A DNA stretch of 64,000 nt from positions 160,001 to 224,000 of the forward strand of contig CAXXYE010000011.1 in the NCBI GenBank assembly GCA_963674865.2. The letters run 5' to 3'. Positions 9,537 to 19,533 of the stretch are shown one piece after another. Origin of the DNA: Candidatus Hydrogenedentota bacterium. Lineage in GTDB: Bacteria; Hydrogenedentota; Hydrogenedentia; Hydrogenedentales; SLHB01. Every line of letters begins with the position of its first letter. Positions within the stretch are counted from its first letter, which is position 1. The notes beneath the pieces are model-generated. The model was not told the origin of the DNA, ran no database searches, and worked only from the letters and a program-made list of their open reading frames with translations. The position numbers and the translations under genes were made by a program.

Positions 9537-9557
9537 TTCGATTCCCGCCGCCTCCAC
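9537..9557 (+). repeat. att core copy 2
   Basis: TTCGATTCCCGCCGCCTCCAC, a 21-bp match to the tmRNA 3' end. Confidence 0.9.
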
Positions 9558-10012
9558 TATAAGTATATGTGACTAAAAGAGTTACGACGATTCTGTTCAG
9601 ATCGTCTCGCCAAATCAGCGAGTCTCATATCTCCTTCTATTCCAAGTATTTGCGCGATTAGCGACGAACCATGACGCGGATGAAGGACGGTGAGGAAGCA
9701 CAAAATCAGCATAACGGATTCCGGTGCCTTCTTGTAAATAGTTATCTTCCCAAGGTTTACCCCATGCGGGGCTCCTGCTTCGCGTCTAGGTCACTCAAGA
9801 AACAAGATTCATAAAACATCGTATAACAATAGGTTAAGCTGATAGGGTCATCTGCTGAATGCCCGCTGCCTCCCGTCATTCCGTTGTGTCGTCCGGTACC
9901 GTATAATCGAGACGGGATATGCATGCTGGCGTGCCGTGTGGTGACGGAGAAGAAGGCAGCTACGGCACAGGTTAAGCGAAACGGCCAAACAGGCGTCCAA
10001 TGAGGAACAGCC

Positions 10013-11233
10013 GTGAGCGAGTATCAGTATTTTGAGTTTCAGGCCATTGACCGTCCACTGACGGACTCGGAGATGAGAGAATTGCGGCGGTATTCCTCGC
10101 GTGCGACCATCACGCCCACCAGCTTCGTCAACGTCTACAACTGGGGCGACTTCAAAGGCGACCGGCGTGCATGGCTGGAGAAGTACTTTGACGCGTTTCT
10201 GTATGTGGCGAATTGGGGAACTCACCGGCTCGAGTTCAGGCTTCCGAAACGGTTACTCGATCCCGAGACCGTATCGGCATATTGCACTGAGGAGAGCTTG
10301 GCTTGCTATGCCAAGAGCGACTTCGTGATTGTCGCATTCGATTCGGAGGACGAATCGGGCGAGTGGGCGGAAGGCGAAGGCTGGCTGGCTTCTCTGGCGC
10401 CACTACGAACGGACCTCATGAACGGCGATCTCCGTTGCCTCTATCTCGGATGGCTTGCGGGCGTCCAAGGGAATTGGGTCTGTGAGGAGGGTTGCGATAA
10501 AGACGAGAGCGAACCGCCCGTCCCGCCGGGGCTTGGAGCGCTTAGTTCCCCCCTGCAGAGCCTCGCGGATTTCCTGCGTATCGATCCCGATTGGATTGCC
10601 GCGGCAGCGGAAGACAGCGGGGAGGCGCACGCCATGGCACTGACGCACGACGAAATCGCCAGCTGGGTGGCCAGGATGCCGCCGGAGAAAAAGGATGCGG
10701 TGCTTATGGCCTTGATTGATGGGAGCGATATGCACTCTGCAACCGAACTCAGACAACGCGCTGTCCGGGAGATTCGCAACGCCAGAAGCACCGATAGCAG
10801 CGGGCGCCTCAAACGCAATGGAAGAAGCATCGACGACCTCGCGGCCCGCGCCGACGCCATCGCGCAAGAGCGACAGGCACGGGAGGCAAAGATCCGTGCC
10901 CGCGCGAAGGCCAAGCGCGAACGGGAGGCCGCCGAGGCGCGCAAGAAACACATCGAATCGCTTGTCGGCAAGGAGGACAGCCTCTGGCCCAAGGTTCGCA
11001 GACTCATTGCTACTCGGCAACCAAAGCGTTACGACGAGGCAGTCTCACTCCTTGAGGACCTGCGGGATTTGGCGGCCATGGGCCAGCAGGATGTTGTGTT
11101 TGCGTCCCGCATGGAAGCCCTCTGCCGTGAGCACGCCAGAAAGCCGACGTTTCTTGAGAGGCTTCGGAAGGCCAACCTGATGCGCGCCTCAAGCCCGCAA
11201 GGCGACGAGCCGTCGGGAAAGCTGGAAGGCTGA
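10013..11233 (+). CDS. Conserved hypothetical protein of mobile regions (MSEYQYFEFQAIDRPL-type N-terminus)
   Basis: Long ORF with GAGGA RBS and a coiled-coil-like C-terminal part; family recognised from memory only. Confidence 0.8.
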   Translation: MSEYQYFEFQAIDRPLTDSEMRELRRYSSRATITPTSFVNVYNWGDFKGDRRAWLEKYFDAFLYVANWGTHRLEFRLPKRLLDPETVSAYCTEESLACYAKSDFVIVAFDSEDESGEWAEGEGWLASLAPLRTDLMNGDLRCLYLGWLAGVQGNWVCEEGCDKDESEPPVPPGLGALSSPLQSLADFLRIDPDWIAAAAEDSGEAHAMALTHDEIASWVARMPPEKKDAVLMALIDGSDMHSATELRQRAVREIRNARSTDSSGRLKRNGRSIDDLAARADAIAQERQAREAKIRARAKAKREREAAEARKKHIESLVGKEDSLWPKVRRLIATRQPKRYDEAVSLLEDLRDLAAMGQQDVVFASRMEALCREHARKPTFLERLRKANLMRASSPQGDEPSGKLEG

Positions 11234-11267
11234 ATCCGGAATCCCACACAATCCGGCATCCCCTACC

Positions 11268-11297
11268 TTGACAACCCGGGGTCAAACTGCGTATATT
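11268..11297 (+). promoter_or_regulatory. Sigma70-type promoter with an inverted repeat over the -35 box
   Basis: TTGACA-18-TATATT; TTGAC-N8-GTCAA at 11268-11285. Confidence 0.5.
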
Positions 11298-11353
11298 TGT
11301 TCGCAGATGGAAGTAATATCGGGAAATCTCGCGACAAGATTGGGGCTCATGAA

Positions 11354-12667
11354 ATGATGGAGATGATAAGAAGCATCATCCTGGACTTCCAGGAGGCTCA
11401 ACTGGAGACCGGCGTGCCCCGTCGTTTGCATGTAGAGTCGGCCCCGGGCAAAGCCACGGTATGCATTGGCGTGCGCCGGAGCGGGAAGTCCACCTTCCTA
11501 TTCCAGCTTATTCAGGCTCTGCTGGACGGCGGGGTTTCGCGACAGAACATTCTGTATCTGAATTTCTTCGACGACCGCTTACACAATTTGCGGCAGGAGA
11601 ACCTGGCTCTGATCGCCGAATCCTACTATTCCATCTACCCCGAGAAGAAGGGCGAAGAGACGATCTACTGTTTCTTCGACGAGATACAGGCCGTTCCTGG
11701 TTGGGAACCTTTTGTCGATCGCATGATGCGCACGGAGAAATGCGAGGTCTATCTCACGGGCTCCTCGGCCAGAATGCTGTCGAAGGAAATCGCTACGCAG
11801 ATGCGCGGACGAGCGTTGTCTTGGGAACTGTTCCCGTTTTCCTTCCGTGAGTTTCTTGACGGCAGAGGAGTGGACAGCGAGGGAGCCATGTCCACGAAGA
11901 AGCGGCTTCTCATCCAGAAGGCCTTTGAGGACTACTGGGTAACCGGCGGCTTTCCCGAGGTAATCGGCCTCAGCGAGAACTTGCGGATCAAGACACACCA
12001 GGAGTACTTCCAGGCTGTTCTGTTTCGTGACCTTGTGGAGCGTCACGACATTGCGCACCCGAAGGCGGTGAGCGATCTTGCCCATTGGCTGGTGGATAAC
12101 ACGGCATCGCTTTATTCCATCAACCGCCTGACCGGATATCTACAATCATTGGGGCATCATGCGCCACGGACGGCCGTGTCGGACTACCTCGAATGGTTTG
12201 AGGACGCCTACTTCCTGTTCACCGTGCAAGTATTCGACGCCTCGCTGGCACGACGCAACACGAATCCGAAGAAGATCTACTGCATCGACCACGCCTTAGT
12301 CACTTCGGTGTCGTCGGGCATGCTCATCAACTCCGGACATCTTCTGGAGAACCTTGTATTCACGGCGCTTCGGCGCAGCCATCCGGACGTCTACTACTAC
12401 AAGACGAAGACCGGCAAGGAAGTCGATTTCATCGTCCCGTTGCGTGGCCGCTCCCGACTCCTGGTGCAGGTGTGCGAGTCACTCGCCGAACCGCAGACAC
12501 GAAACAGAGAGACCACTGCCCTTAGCGAAGCGATGGCAGAACTTGGCGCCAAGACTGGGATGATCGTGACCCGCAATGAGGAGGAACAGATCGACGCCGA
12601 AGGCGGAACCATCAAGGTCGTGCCGGCATGGCGATTCCTGCTCAATATGGCGGAATCGGCGGAGTAG
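11354..12667 (+). CDS. AAA_14 ATPase with DUF4143 domain
   Basis: GVRRSGKST, FFDEIQ, LTGSS, GGFPE, KIYCIDH, ENLV, EVDF. Confidence 0.9.
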   Translation: MMEMIRSIILDFQEAQLETGVPRRLHVESAPGKATVCIGVRRSGKSTFLFQLIQALLDGGVSRQNILYLNFFDDRLHNLRQENLALIAESYYSIYPEKKGEETIYCFFDEIQAVPGWEPFVDRMMRTEKCEVYLTGSSARMLSKEIATQMRGRALSWELFPFSFREFLDGRGVDSEGAMSTKKRLLIQKAFEDYWVTGGFPEVIGLSENLRIKTHQEYFQAVLFRDLVERHDIAHPKAVSDLAHWLVDNTASLYSINRLTGYLQSLGHHAPRTAVSDYLEWFEDAYFLFTVQVFDASLARRNTNPKKIYCIDHALVTSVSSGMLINSGHLLENLVFTALRRSHPDVYYYKTKTGKEVDFIVPLRGRSRLLVQVCESLAEPQTRNRETTALSEAMAELGAKTGMIVTRNEEEQIDAEGGTIKVVPAWRFLLNMAESAE

Positions 12668-12791
12668 TCCCCATTGTCTCAGGAGACAAACGGAAGTGCA
12701 TACGGGAAGAGCGCGAGAAGCTAAAGCGATCGTCGCATACGAAAGGGCTGTCGAGGTCGCGAACCTCATTCTCGGCAAACTGAATCGTCCT

Positions 12792-13718
12792 ATGAGGCGT
12801 ATAGTCGTTGACGACTATTCCGAGCTTCCCAGGCGAAATCTCAAAGCGGGGCAGCGCGATGTGAAGACAAGGCGGAAGGAAGTGGATGATTTTTGCCGAC
12901 AGAACTTCGTGGGTGCCTCGCTCAAGAAACTCGCAGCTTTCTATCAAGTAGTCTACGATCACGGCTCGCCGTTCCGACTGCCCCTCACGGATTTCGTGAG
13001 TCGTGTAGGTGAGCCGCGCGACGGACGACTAAAAGGCGCCCCCCTGCATTCCACGGTCTGCATATCTCCTTGGGGGCTGCAGACAGAGTTTCCTGAGATG
13101 CATCTCGGTCAAGATCTTGCCGTCGCATACAATTCCGCGCTTGACCTCAATAGGCAGATTGGGAACCTCGAAGGACAGAGACTTGGTTGGTCGGAGACGA
13201 AGAAGCGAAAGAGCGAGATAGCCGCACTCTTTTCAGAGAAGAAGTACCATATGCGGACGTGTCTCATCTGCTGTTTCAATCTGCTTGAGGCCTACATCAA
13301 CGGTCTTGCATGGGAGTATCGGCAGCGAGAGGACGTCACGCACCTGTCGAATAGCCAGAAGAAGATGCTTGAGGGAGACCAGACAAGTATTCTGAAGAAA
13401 CTCGTCGAGGTGCCAAAGATCGTTGCTGGAACCGAGAAGGCGCCTTTATCAACTGGGCAACCTCCCTTGGCGGACTTGCGCGACCTCGTCAAGCCATTCC
13501 GGGATTCAATAGTGCATGCATCTCCCTACTCTGCCCCGGAGCAGTTCGGGGGGTACGACAAGTTGTCCAAGGTGTACAGCCTTGAATTCGAGACTGTCGA
13601 AGCGGCGGTAGGCCTTTCCCTCGGGATCATCGGCATCATCCATAGATTTGCTGGTGGAGAAGGGGAATCCCCACAATGGCTTCCGAAGCGAGAAGAGGAT
13701 GGCCGCTTCGTGCCATAG
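12792..13718 (+). CDS. Hypothetical protein with a possible HEPN domain
   Basis: FNLLEAYIN helix followed by RDSIVH (Rx4H); start codon uncertain. Confidence 0.6.
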   Translation: MRRIVVDDYSELPRRNLKAGQRDVKTRRKEVDDFCRQNFVGASLKKLAAFYQVVYDHGSPFRLPLTDFVSRVGEPRDGRLKGAPLHSTVCISPWGLQTEFPEMHLGQDLAVAYNSALDLNRQIGNLEGQRLGWSETKKRKSEIAALFSEKKYHMRTCLICCFNLLEAYINGLAWEYRQREDVTHLSNSQKKMLEGDQTSILKKLVEVPKIVAGTEKAPLSTGQPPLADLRDLVKPFRDSIVHASPYSAPEQFGGYDKLSKVYSLEFETVEAAVGLSLGIIGIIHRFAGGEGESPQWLPKREEDGRFVP

Positions 13719-13766
13719 TGTGACGTTGTGGTCTTCTGCAGGTCAAAGTTGAGTTCACACCTGGGA

Positions 13767-14022
13767 TGCCACGCAACCGGTCGCTACATCGGCGAGGGAT
13801 TCGACAATTCCCGTGTCCTGGCGTGGCACCCTCCGGCAATATGTGGGACGCTTTCATCGTCTTCATCACGACAAACTCGAAGTCCGCGTATACGACTATG
13901 TCGACCATCAAGTTCCCATGCTCATGCGGATGCTCACCAGACGTCTTCGGGGATACCGTGCCTTGGGATATGCCATTGATGGCCAAATGGTGATCCCCGA
14001 GACCGTCAATCCATCCGGCTGA
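13767..14022 (+). pseudogene. C-terminal remnant of a superfamily II helicase (type III res-like)
   Basis: ATGRYIGEGFD in one frame, then SWRGTLRQYVGRFHR...VYDYVD...RRLRGYRALGY in another. Confidence 0.75.
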
Positions 14023-14171
14023 GCGTATGGGCGTTCTTGTCGAACAGAAGAAGAGCGCTCACGGCCCTCCGCACTGCAGGAGTTGTCCAGCGTTTGTGGG
14101 CCGCAGTGTGGTAGCATGAAGCAGACGAACAGAGGGCCGAGTCTTCCCTAACATCGAACGCATATTCTGAA

Positions 14172-15731
14172 ATGGCGCACGTATTCCGAACAAGAGACAA
14201 GAGCGGAAAGCTCCATCCCAGATGGAGGTTCCAGTACATAGACTGGCAGGGCAAACGCCACACCAAGACCGGCACCAGATCCAAGAAGGAGACGGAAACG
14301 CTCGCCAAGCGTACCGAGTCGTATCACGAGGAGATTCGGTGTGGTTTCCGGCCGCCGCCGCGGGAAGCAAGCGTTGCGGAGAGACGTCCATTCGCAGAAG
14401 TCGTCAACGAGTATCTGGATTGGGGAAGGGCCCAGGGAGGGCGACGCGGAAGGCCATGGTCGACAGGCCACGCACGGATGCAGCGATCTCGCCTAACCTG
14501 GTGGCAGAAGAAGCTCAGGTTGAAAACACTCAAGGAACTGACCGGTTGTCTTGCCAGAGTCGAGAAGGTGCTTCGTGGACTACAGAAGACAGGGGCGTCT
14601 GGCAAGACCCTCAACGACTATGCTGCCTCGCTCAACAGCTTCTGCAACTGGTGCATCGATCGCGACTACATGGAAGAACATCCCCTAAAGAAACTGAAGC
14701 GCTTCGATGCCACACCGAAGACGGTGCGCCGTGCCATCACGCCGGAGGAGATCATGCGGCTCCTGGAAGTCGCCCCGGAGCATCGGCGGATTTTTTATGA
14801 GACTGCCTTCTGTTCAGGACTGAGGGCCAAGGAATTGAAGTCGCTCACGGTTCATGACCTCGACCTGCGGCGTGGGGGTCTCCATCTTCACGCGAAGTGG
14901 ACAAAGAATCGGATGGCGGGCTTTCAGCCACTGCCATCGGCAGTCTTGGAGCATCTGAACGGCTTCGTTGAATCTGGCCAAGCTGCAGCACTCTACAGGA
15001 GAAACTACATCAGGCACGACACGAAATACGAGTATCCCGAAGAGCCGTTGCTTTACGTCCCTTCGAACACATCTCGGATGATTGAGCGGGACCTGGAAGC
15101 GGCCGGCATTCCAAAGTGGACGGAGGAGGGCAAAGTCGACTTTCACGCGCTTCGCGTCTCGTATGTATCCCTTGTGGTTGAAACCGGCGCCGACCTCAAA
15201 GCTGCCCAAAGTCTCGCTCGACACACTACGCCGGAACTGACGATGAACGTCTACGCGCGCGTGCGCGGAAGCAAGCTTACTGAGGTCGCTGAAGCGGTCG
15301 GCCGGATAATCCTGCCCCTCGCGAACATTAGATTAGCAGAACGGAATTCGAGAGGCCATGTAACTCATTTATCAACAACTGGTTACACGGAATCCAGATC
15401 TGCTTCGATTCCCGCCGCCTCCACCATTAACTGTTTGCGCATCAATATGTTACGAGTGACAATTTTGGGCGCGGGAGCATTTTGGGTGAAAACACTGGGG
15501 AATCGGCAGTCTTTCGTCCCGGTTCTCTTGCCAATCCGGGCCTTTCTCAACGGGCTGTTCCGCGGGATCCACCTGAAGCGCAGTCTGACCTGCGGGGAAG
15601 ATGGGAGTACATCGGGACACCATCCTGCCGGGCGCGTTGCGGAGCACAGCGTTGCTTCACAACGGCTCTACGGATGTTTGGCCTCTGGCCGCATCTTCCT
15701 GAAAGGCCAGCATTCGCGGGGAATGTGTTGA
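14172..15731 (+). CDS. int: Tyrosine recombinase/integrase; frame runs through the att core
   Basis: SGLRAKEL, WTKNR, FHALR, ARHTT, MNVY catalytic residues; N-terminal arm-binding-like segment. Confidence 0.92.
   Translation: MAHVFRTRDKSGKLHPRWRFQYIDWQGKRHTKTGTRSKKETETLAKRTESYHEEIRCGFRPPPREASVAERRPFAEVVNEYLDWGRAQGGRRGRPWSTGHARMQRSRLTWWQKKLRLKTLKELTGCLARVEKVLRGLQKTGASGKTLNDYAASLNSFCNWCIDRDYMEEHPLKKLKRFDATPKTVRRAITPEEIMRLLEVAPEHRRIFYETAFCSGLRAKELKSLTVHDLDLRRGGLHLHAKWTKNRMAGFQPLPSAVLEHLNGFVESGQAAALYRRNYIRHDTKYEYPEEPLLYVPSNTSRMIERDLEAAGIPKWTEEGKVDFHALRVSYVSLVVETGADLKAAQSLARHTTPELTMNVYARVRGSKLTEVAEAVGRIILPLANIRLAERNSRGHVTHLSTTGYTESRSASIPAASTINCLRINMLRVTILGAGAFWVKTLGNRQSFVPVLLPIRAFLNGLFRGIHLKRSLTCGEDGSTSGHHPAGRVAEHSVASQRLYGCLASGRIFLKGQHSRGMC
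15404..15426 (+). repeat. att core copy 3
   Basis: TTCGATTCCCGCCGCCTCCACCA, a 23-bp match to the tmRNA 3' end. Confidence 0.9.
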
Positions 15732-16540
15732 AGACCGCGCACGGGGATCGGAGCGAGCGTGACGTCGCCGATATCCTGCTGTCGCCATGCGCGTGTGGAC
15801 GGGCTGAGATTGCTTCGGCGGCCATCGAGCAGGACGAGCAGGGGGCGTCCGACGTCCAACCTGAGCCGGCGCAGGAAATCGATGCGCTCCTCGGTTGCGA
15901 CGGGATGCGTGACGATGCGAAAGCGCAATGTGCCGGGGCCATCGACAGCGCATATCATCGGCAAGATCGACGGTTCCGAATCTGGTTGTTCAGGCAGGAG
16001 TTTCTCGTCAAGCAAGACTATCCGGGCCTTGTTTTTCCGCGCGAGTCGCTTGACCTTGGCGTATTCCTGCAGATTCCAAAGGGCCATCTGCGATGCTTCC
16101 TCGTCGTACTGAGTGAACGTATCTGCGGCCGGTTGCGGCCCAACGAAGCCCCACTGCCGCATCCATAAAGACATCGTCATCGCGGTCACGGTGATCTGGA
16201 AGTCGCGAAGCAGCAGACGCCGAATCGCTTGGTTCGTCCAGAGCTCTTCGGCAAGCCCCACTTGCTTTGGCAGACAACTGCACACAGTCCCGAAGATTCG
16301 CCGCCGCTCAGCGTCCGTGAGCACTCCCGTTCCTGGTGGCCGCCCGCGCACTCGTGCGGCAAGTGCCCTTTCTCCGCCTTCGCGGTACGCACACATCCAC
16401 TTGGCGACGGCCGATCGGGAGACACCAAGCTCCCGAGCAACCTCTGTCTGCGGCGTGCCTTTGCGGACGCGCAGCACAGCTTTCTCGCGAAGCGCCTGTT
16501 GCTCACGCGCAGCGAGTTTCCGTCCATTGACTTCACGCAT
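15668..16540 (-). CDS. IS630-transposase-derived HTH protein, copy 2
   Basis: Colinear paralogue of 4380-5279 (VTAMT.SLWMRQWGF.GPQP, CAVDGPGTL.FR, IP.ECWPF). Confidence 0.75.
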   Translation of the reverse strand: MREVNGRKLAAREQQALREKAVLRVRKGTPQTEVARELGVSRSAVAKWMCAYREGGERALAARVRGRPPGTGVLTDAERRRIFGTVCSCLPKQVGLAEELWTNQAIRRLLLRDFQITVTAMTMSLWMRQWGFVGPQPAADTFTQYDEEASQMALWNLQEYAKVKRLARKNKARIVLLDEKLLPEQPDSEPSILPMICAVDGPGTLRFRIVTHPVATEERIDFLRRLRLDVGRPLLVLLDGRRSNLSPSTRAWRQQDIGDVTLAPIPVRGLQHIPRECWPFRKMRPEAKHP

Positions 16541-16546
16541 TGACGG

Positions 16547-16593
16547 AGCATAGCGCAGTGAAGACAGTCATGTCTACTATATAATTTTGCATC
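16547..16593. promoter_or_regulatory. Divergent promoter region with the 25-bp conserved block, copy 2
   Basis: Same block and same spacing to the HTH start codon as copy 1. Confidence 0.7.
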
Positions 16594-17967
16594 ATGAATC
16601 TGCGCAATTGCGCAATCGACGTTAACGCCTTACGCAAAGAAGACTTGCGGCATTTCGGCGAAAGAGCGCGAGCTATCCTGTAGAGATATACCGCGATCAT
16701 GGGGATCGCTGTTCTCGCGTAGCTGGGGGAGAGATCGTGAACGGGGCAACGGGCAGTCGTCTGAGGATTCGGCACATAAGTCCGGGCAAACTCAAGCCTT
16801 GGGAGAAGAATCCCCGGAAACTGAAGTACGCGGTTGGGCCGGTGGTCAAGAGTATCGAGCAGTTTGGCTTCAATGTGCCCATTCTATGCAACGCAGACTT
16901 GCGTGTTATCGCGGGACACGCACGCTTGGAGGCGGCGAAGCGTCTGGGTATGGCGAGGGTGCCCGTTGCAGTCCTGCCGTTGGACGGCAACGACTGCGAT
17001 CTCTTCGCCATCGCGGAGAACAAGACGGGGGAGTTGGCGGATTGGGACACGCCGAAGCTCAAGGAGATTTTGGATGACTTGCGTTCTGAGAAGTGTGCGT
17101 TGGAGGCCCTAGGCTTCTCATCCCATGAGTTGCGCCGGTTGCTGCGCGAGGAAGAGGACAAGGAGAACGCAGTTCCGAGGCTGCCTTCAAAGGCACGTAC
17201 GGAATCGGGCACATTGTGGCGGCTGGGCAGGCATCGTCTGCTTTGCGGCGACTCATGCCTCAAGAAGACGTTCACGCGGCTGCTTGGGAAGGCAAAGGTG
17301 GACCACGTTTTCGCGGGGCCGCCCTACTTCAATCAGCGCGGCTACTCCCACTGGGACGATTACACGCGCTACCTCGAAGACATGAATGCGGTTATCGAGC
17401 GATGTCACGCCGTCTTGAAGGACGGGGCCATCGTGGTATGGAACGTGGGTAACGGTTCCGCCACAAAGCACGCGCACGTGGTCCATCATGCCGGCTTGCT
17501 CGAGGAAGACGGTTTTCGGTTTGTTGACATGATCATCTGGAAGAAGAGCGTGCCGAACTTTGCAGTTCCCCGGCACGCAAACATCAAAGGAAACAGACAC
17601 TACTACCCGGCGCATCAGTGGGAGGCGCTTCATGTTTACCAGAAGCCCGGCAGCATGCCGACGATGAACTCGGAAGGCGCCCAGTACATGTGGGAACACG
17701 CCACGGACGTTTGGGAGATTCCTATAGTCCCCCACCAACAGCGCGATTTCGGCCACAGCGCGGTGTGCTGCATATTTCGGGCGCGGCCACCTTGTGAATT
17801 CGGCTGAGCGCGGCCGGGCATGACGGTTCTGCGCGGCCGTTCATTTCGGTTGAGCACGGCCGCCGAATTCGGGCGCGGCCGCTTCTCTGGGGGAGTTTCA
17901 TCCACCACCTTCCTGGGTATGGTGTGTCGTTTTCCAGCCATGAGGGCTGGGAGTCAATCGGCACATA

Positions 17968-19533
17968 GTGCCCAGGAGTTCGAGTATGCGACGAATCAGA
18001 GAAGTGTTGCGTCAACGGTGGGAATGTGGCTTGAGCGAACGGACGGTGGCAACCAGTTGTTCGCTGGCGCGTAGCACGGTTGCCAAGTACGTCAAGCGCG
18101 CCGAGGAAGCGGGGCTGTCTTGGCCCCTGCCGGAAGGGATGGCGGACGAGGAGCTGGAGCGGTGTCTGTTCCCCCACGTCCTGTCTGAGGAGAGCGGGCC
18201 ACGATTCGTACCAGATTGGGCGGAGGTGCGCCGGCAACTCGCTCACAAGGGCGTGACGTTGCGCCTGGTGTGGGAGGAGTACAAGGAGGCCCACCCCGAC
18301 GGTTTCCAGTACACCCAGTTCTGCGTCCGCTACCGCGCCTGGCGCGAGACTTTGGACTTGCCTATGCGCCAGGAGCACAAGGCGGGCGAGAGACTGTTCG
18401 TGGACTATTGCGGGCAAACTATGCCCATCACAGACCGCAAGACCGGCGAAGTACGCCAGGCCCAAGTGTTCGTGGCGGTCTTGGGCGCGAGCAATTACAC
18501 CTACGTCGAAGGCTGTTGGACCCAGAGTCTGCCGGAGTGGATCATGGCTCACGTCCACGCTTTCGCCTTCTATGGCGGCGTCCCGGCCCTCGTGGTCTGC
18601 GACAACTTAAAGGCAGGGGTCACCTCCGCGCATCGTTACGAACCCGAAGCGAACCGCACGTACGAAGACCTTGCGGAGCACTATGGCTGCGCAGTGCTGC
18701 CCACACGGGTGCGTAAGCCCAAGGACAAGGCCAAAGCGGAAAAGGGCGTGCAGGACGTGGAGAGGCGCATTCTCGCCCCCTTACGCCATCGCACCTTCTT
18801 CTCGCTGTCCGAACTGAATGAAGCTATTGAATGGCGACTGATTCAGTACAACGAGCAGCCTTTCCAGAAGCTGGAGGGTAGCCGCCGTTCCCTGTTCGAG
18901 CAACTGGACAAACCGGCTCTCCGCCCGCTGCCGGCTGAATCTTACGAATACGCGGAGTGGAAGAAAGCGCGCGTCAACATCGACTACCACGCGGCCATCG
19001 ACGCCAGCTACTACAGCGTGCCCTACCAACTGGTGAACGAATCCATCGACGTCCGCATCACCCATACCGGCGTGGAGTGCTTCCACAAGAGCAAGCGGGT
19101 GGCCAGCCACCTGCGTCTACAGCGCAAAGGGCAATACGCCACCGTCGCGGCCCACATGCCCAAGAACCACAAGGACTACGCCCAGTGGACGCCGGAACGG
19201 CTGGTGCGTTGGGCCGAGAAGACCGGCCCTCAGACCGCCCAAGTGGTGGAGACCATCCTGCGGGCACGTCCCCACCCTCAGCAGGGGTTCCGCGCGTGCC
19301 TGGGGCTCATGCGCCTAGGCAGGGAATACGGCCCGGAACGGCTCGAAGCCGCCTGTACGCGCGCCTTGGCCACCAAGACCGTGACCTTCAGAAGCATCGA
19401 ATCCATCCTCAAGCGCAAATTGGACCGGAGGCCGCTACCTCAGAAGGCCCCGGAGAATCCTCCCGTGGAGCACGACAACATCCGTGGCCCCGAGTACTAC
19501 CGCCAAAGCGCGCAGGGAGGTGAATCATGCTGA
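17968..19533 (+). CDS. istA: IS21 transposase IstA
   Basis: FVDYCG, VCDNLK, KDKAKAE (DDE); HDNIRGPEYY end. Confidence 0.95.
   Translation: MPRSSSMRRIREVLRQRWECGLSERTVATSCSLARSTVAKYVKRAEEAGLSWPLPEGMADEELERCLFPHVLSEESGPRFVPDWAEVRRQLAHKGVTLRLVWEEYKEAHPDGFQYTQFCVRYRAWRETLDLPMRQEHKAGERLFVDYCGQTMPITDRKTGEVRQAQVFVAVLGASNYTYVEGCWTQSLPEWIMAHVHAFAFYGGVPALVVCDNLKAGVTSAHRYEPEANRTYEDLAEHYGCAVLPTRVRKPKDKAKAEKGVQDVERRILAPLRHRTFFSLSELNEAIEWRLIQYNEQPFQKLEGSRRSLFEQLDKPALRPLPAESYEYAEWKKARVNIDYHAAIDASYYSVPYQLVNESIDVRITHTGVECFHKSKRVASHLRLQRKGQYATVAAHMPKNHKDYAQWTPERLVRWAEKTGPQTAQVVETILRARPHPQQGFRACLGLMRLGREYGPERLEAACTRALATKTVTFRSIESILKRKLDRRPLPQKAPENPPVEHDNIRGPEYYRQSAQGGESC

Larger units (their letters stand above)
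2991..9557. mobile_element. Genomic island A integrated at the tmRNA 3' end; no integrase gene
   Basis: Bounded by att core copies at 2968 and 9537, with an identical 21-bp motif inside both ends. Confidence 0.8.
9558..15426. mobile_element. Genomic island B carrying a tyrosine integrase
   Basis: Lies between att copies 2 and 3; the integrase gene abuts copy 3. Confidence 0.8.

Noticed and set aside
9537..9560. tRNA genes at 9537 and 15404
   Set aside because: Only the T-loop/acceptor 3' fragment is present; these are att copies.
15668..16540. Active IS630 elements
   Set aside because: No paired inverted repeats or TA duplication found; the catalytic domain is shortened.
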